Origin: an uncultured Smithella sp.
GTDB taxonomy: Bacteria; Desulfobacterota; Syntrophia; Syntrophales; Smithellaceae
Assembly (NCBI GenBank): GCA_964581635.1
Contig: CAZOPH010000005.1
Location: forward strand, 1 to 38,439
DNA: 38,439 nt
Direction: 5' to 3'
Below are positions 36,528 to 38,439 of the stretch, in pieces. Position 1 is the stretch's first letter. Each line of letters opens with the position of its first letter. Under the pieces are notes generated by a model. That model ran no database searches, had not been told where the DNA came from, and worked only from the letters and a program-made list of their open reading frames with translations. Both the position numbers and the translations under genes were made by a program.

Positions 36528-36771
36528 GCAGAGATCCTCGCCGTCCATATATACTGGAATAAGCTGGCGTGACGGTAACATACCTTCAGCAGACAGGCAA
36601 TTATTTTGTGGCGCCTGATCGAGGATTTCGGTCACAAGCCACCTGCATTCCAGTCAGATTCTTAACGTCATCGTTACCGTCCCAAAATCATATTGAATTT
36701 AACTTTGAATCATGGTCAAATTCTCAGAACAAACTCGATGATATGATTATTTTCAGAAAGGAGACCCCTTT

Positions 36772-37185
36772 ATGCCGAATGTCAGCGCAGAAGTTACGAA
36801 TTACCAGTATGAGTTTCGGGCCATGAATGCAGAAAACGCTGCTTTTTTATATTTATTTGACGCACAAAACAAGCTGTTGTGCATGGCCGCGTTTGTGGAT
36901 AGAACAGGCCCGCTGCCCGGCCCGCGGCAAAGCGTCAGTGGAACTGTTTTTCTAAGTTTCCACCGCTCTGATCTTTCTTCCGTTACGGATATGCTGCGAA
37001 ATGAAAAACCCGTGATGTTCAACTGGTCGGCTGACCACCACTCAGCACAAATCACCACCGGAAAAGAACCAGTCGGCGAAGAGGAAGGTAAACATATCGC
37101 ATCCATCTTTACCCGGAAAAAGCCAACAGCACCCAAAAAAGGTGCAGAAAAGACCACAGGCGGTTCGAAAAAAGCACGAAAATAG
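36772..37185 (+). CDS. Hypothetical protein (DMLRNEKPV...EPVGEEE core) with Lys-rich C-terminal tail
   Basis: Strong AAGGAG SD before the ATG; 137-aa ORF divergent from the phosphodiesterase gene. The core resembles an uncharacterised family I recall ending in LRNEKP...EPVGE.E. Confidence 0.75.
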   Translation: MPNVSAEVTNYQYEFRAMNAENAAFLYLFDAQNKLLCMAAFVDRTGPLPGPRQSVSGTVFLSFHRSDLSSVTDMLRNEKPVMFNWSADHHSAQITTGKEPVGEEEGKHIASIFTRKKPTAPKKGAEKTTGGSKKARK

Positions 37186-37228
37186 TCGGCGTAAAAAGAA
37201 AGAAACCGACACGGGGCCGATAAGCTCA

Positions 37229-37257
37229 TTGACATGGGAAAACATAATATCTATACT
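37229..37257 (+). promoter_or_regulatory. Near-consensus sigma70 promoter
   Basis: TTGACA (37229-37234), 17 bp, TATACT (37252-37257). Its position implies the ORF starts at ATG 37318, not 37234. Confidence 0.85.
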
Positions 37258-37317
37258 TCGGCTCGTTCTTATCAAACGAACTTATTCGCTGATCATTTAC
37301 AAACAGGAGAATTTAAG

Positions 37318-37707
37318 ATGGAAAACGAATTCGGGGAAAAGAAAAATACGCGTTGGTTGTTGTGGTTTGCAGGATTCTTCGTGGCGCTTGCGGCTATCGC
37401 TATACTCTACACCTGGCTGACGCTTACCTGGAGTTTTTCCGAGGGCGAGCGGGTTGGTTATATTCAGAAGCTTTCCAAGAGTGGCTGGATCTGTAAAACC
37501 TGGGAAGGCGAAATGGCCATGGTCACCATGCCAGGCGCCATTCCCGACAAATTCCTCTTCAGCATCCGGAATGACAAGATGGCGGATCGTATTAACCAGA
37601 TGGCAGGCAAACGCGTCGCCCTGACGTACGAACAGCATAAAGGCATTCCCACAAGTTGCTTCGGCGATACGGAATATTTCATTGTCGATGCCCGGACAAC
37701 ACAATAA
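37318..37707 (+). CDS. Conserved single-TM hypothetical protein (S.GER.G...K.SK.GW.CKTWEG family)
   Basis: AGGAGA SD; 129 aa; one TM, then FSEGERVGYIQKLSKSGWICKTWEGEMAM...F.FSIR....ALTYEQHKG.PTSCFGDTEYFI. No Rossmann motif, so it is not a real 6-phosphogluconate dehydrogenase, although I recall this family often carries that label. Confidence 0.85.
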   Translation: MENEFGEKKNTRWLLWFAGFFVALAAIAILYTWLTLTWSFSEGERVGYIQKLSKSGWICKTWEGEMAMVTMPGAIPDKFLFSIRNDKMADRINQMAGKRVALTYEQHKGIPTSCFGDTEYFIVDARTTQ

Positions 37708-37711
37708 AAAT

Positions 37712-37750
37712 AAAAAGAGGGAGAGAAGTAACGTTCTCTCCCTCTTTTTT
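37712..37750. terminator. Bidirectional intrinsic terminator
   Basis: Perfect 16-bp inverted repeat AAAAAGAGGGAGAGAA-gtaacg-TTCTCTCCCTCTTTTT between convergent genes. Confidence 0.92.
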
Positions 37751-37789
37751 TATCCTACCCATAACGCTTCCGGCAATAACAATACCGCC

Positions 37790-38439
37790 CTATTCGTTCA
37801 TCGCATATTCGCCGTTTAAGGCATAGACATATTTTTTCCAGACCCTTTCATACTGGGCGTCATCCCCTTCCGCCTTGATCAGCATGATGTCTTTGCAATA
37901 GACGCGCTGTTCATCTTTGGTATTATGCATTCCGTAGATCTGCAGGGCGAAGCGCGCAAAGTCGCGCACCATGAAATCAAAGACCTGGTTGAGCACGTCA
38001 GGATCGATATTGTCAAATTTGGCCTGCTCCAGAATCAGCTGCCCATAAACCACGATGGAAAACATTTCTCCCAGCGGTAGAGAAAACAGCGGATCCATAT
38101 CCTGGGCCTTGTCCGGACCGGCTTTTTCCAGCAGTTCCTTGAACAGTTCAATCTGCCCGATGAAAATGGCTACATTGGGAAGCTGCTTCTTCGCTTCGAA
38201 AACAGGCTTGTAGTCATGGAATTGAACGGACCCCAGGCCCTTGGTTGGCCCCTGATTGAAGAGAAACATATCATCCTTATGAGAGAAATCAGGCATAACC
38301 TGAGGATAAGCGGCGGCATTGAAGAAATAGTTCTTCATGAACTTGCGAATCAGTTGAACATTGACGTGAACCGTCCCCTCCAGTTTGGAAGGCCCCCGGA
38401 TATCGGTGGCGCCCATGGAAAAATAAGTGTCTTTTTCAA
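37790..38439 (-). CDS. Acyl-CoA dehydrogenase family protein, 3' part; begins beyond the right edge
   Basis: The frame is open to the window edge (EKDTYFSMGATDIRGPSKLEGTVHVN). The motif resembles the C-terminal helical domain of acyl-CoA dehydrogenases (GFEKD.YF.....I...PKLEGT.HVN), with a long C-terminal extension. Confidence 0.75.
   Translation of the reverse strand, partial: EKDTYFSMGATDIRGPSKLEGTVHVNVQLIRKFMKNYFFNAAAYPQVMPDFSHKDDMFLFNQGPTKGLGSVQFHDYKPVFEAKKQLPNVAIFIGQIELFKELLEKAGPDKAQDMDPLFSLPLGEMFSIVVYGQLILEQAKFDNIDPDVLNQVFDFMVRDFARFALQIYGMHNTKDEQRVYCKDIMLIKAEGDDAQYERVWKKYVYALNGEYAMNE

Noticed and set aside
1-38439. Search for tRNA/rRNA genes, CRISPR arrays, IS elements, integrases, prophage or defence genes
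   Set aside because: All long ORFs are explained by housekeeping families or the two small hypotheticals. The intergenic gaps are short (under 300 bp) and show no cloverleaf, repeat-spacer array or terminal inverted repeats.

Overview
Mostly a housekeeping, cell-envelope and translation region of an anaerobic deltaproteobacterium. Desulfobacterota, probably Syntrophales/Smithella-like, is my inference from protein style and gene order. From left to right: the first part of the dcw cluster on the minus strand (mraZ-rsmH-ftsL-ftsI-[murE-murF fused]-mraY-murD-ftsW partial), then ruvX-mltG, selB with a YhaM-like OB/HD nuclease, a CDF metal exporter, an EF-P beta-lysylation cluster (KamA-type aminomutase, efp, epmA) and a complete tolQ-tolR-tolA-tolB-pal-cpoB operon. 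A convergent minus-strand run follows: ctpA, a YibQ-like deacetylase, a TPR lipoprotein and a LolB-like lipoprotein. After that come rplM-rpsI-argC-cysS, an MBL-fold phosphodiesterase-folC-lptD run, two uncharacterised plus-strand genes and the 3' end of an acyl-CoA dehydrogenase. Several near-consensus sigma70 promoters, MraZ boxes and intrinsic terminators can be read directly from the DNA. I found no tRNA, rRNA, CRISPR array, transposase, integrase or prophage gene, and no clear-cut new system. The best leads are: (1) the ctpA-yibQ-TPR-lolB-like run, which appears to place a protease, a candidate LbcA-type adaptor and a LolB-like protein in one operon; (2) the MurE-MurF fusion, which keeps an internal Shine-Dalgarno and GTG at its junction; (3) a clostridial-KamA-like enzyme in the EpmB position; (4) two small proteins of unknown function at the right end. 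All family assignments come from motifs I recognise and alignments from memory. No database searches were run.
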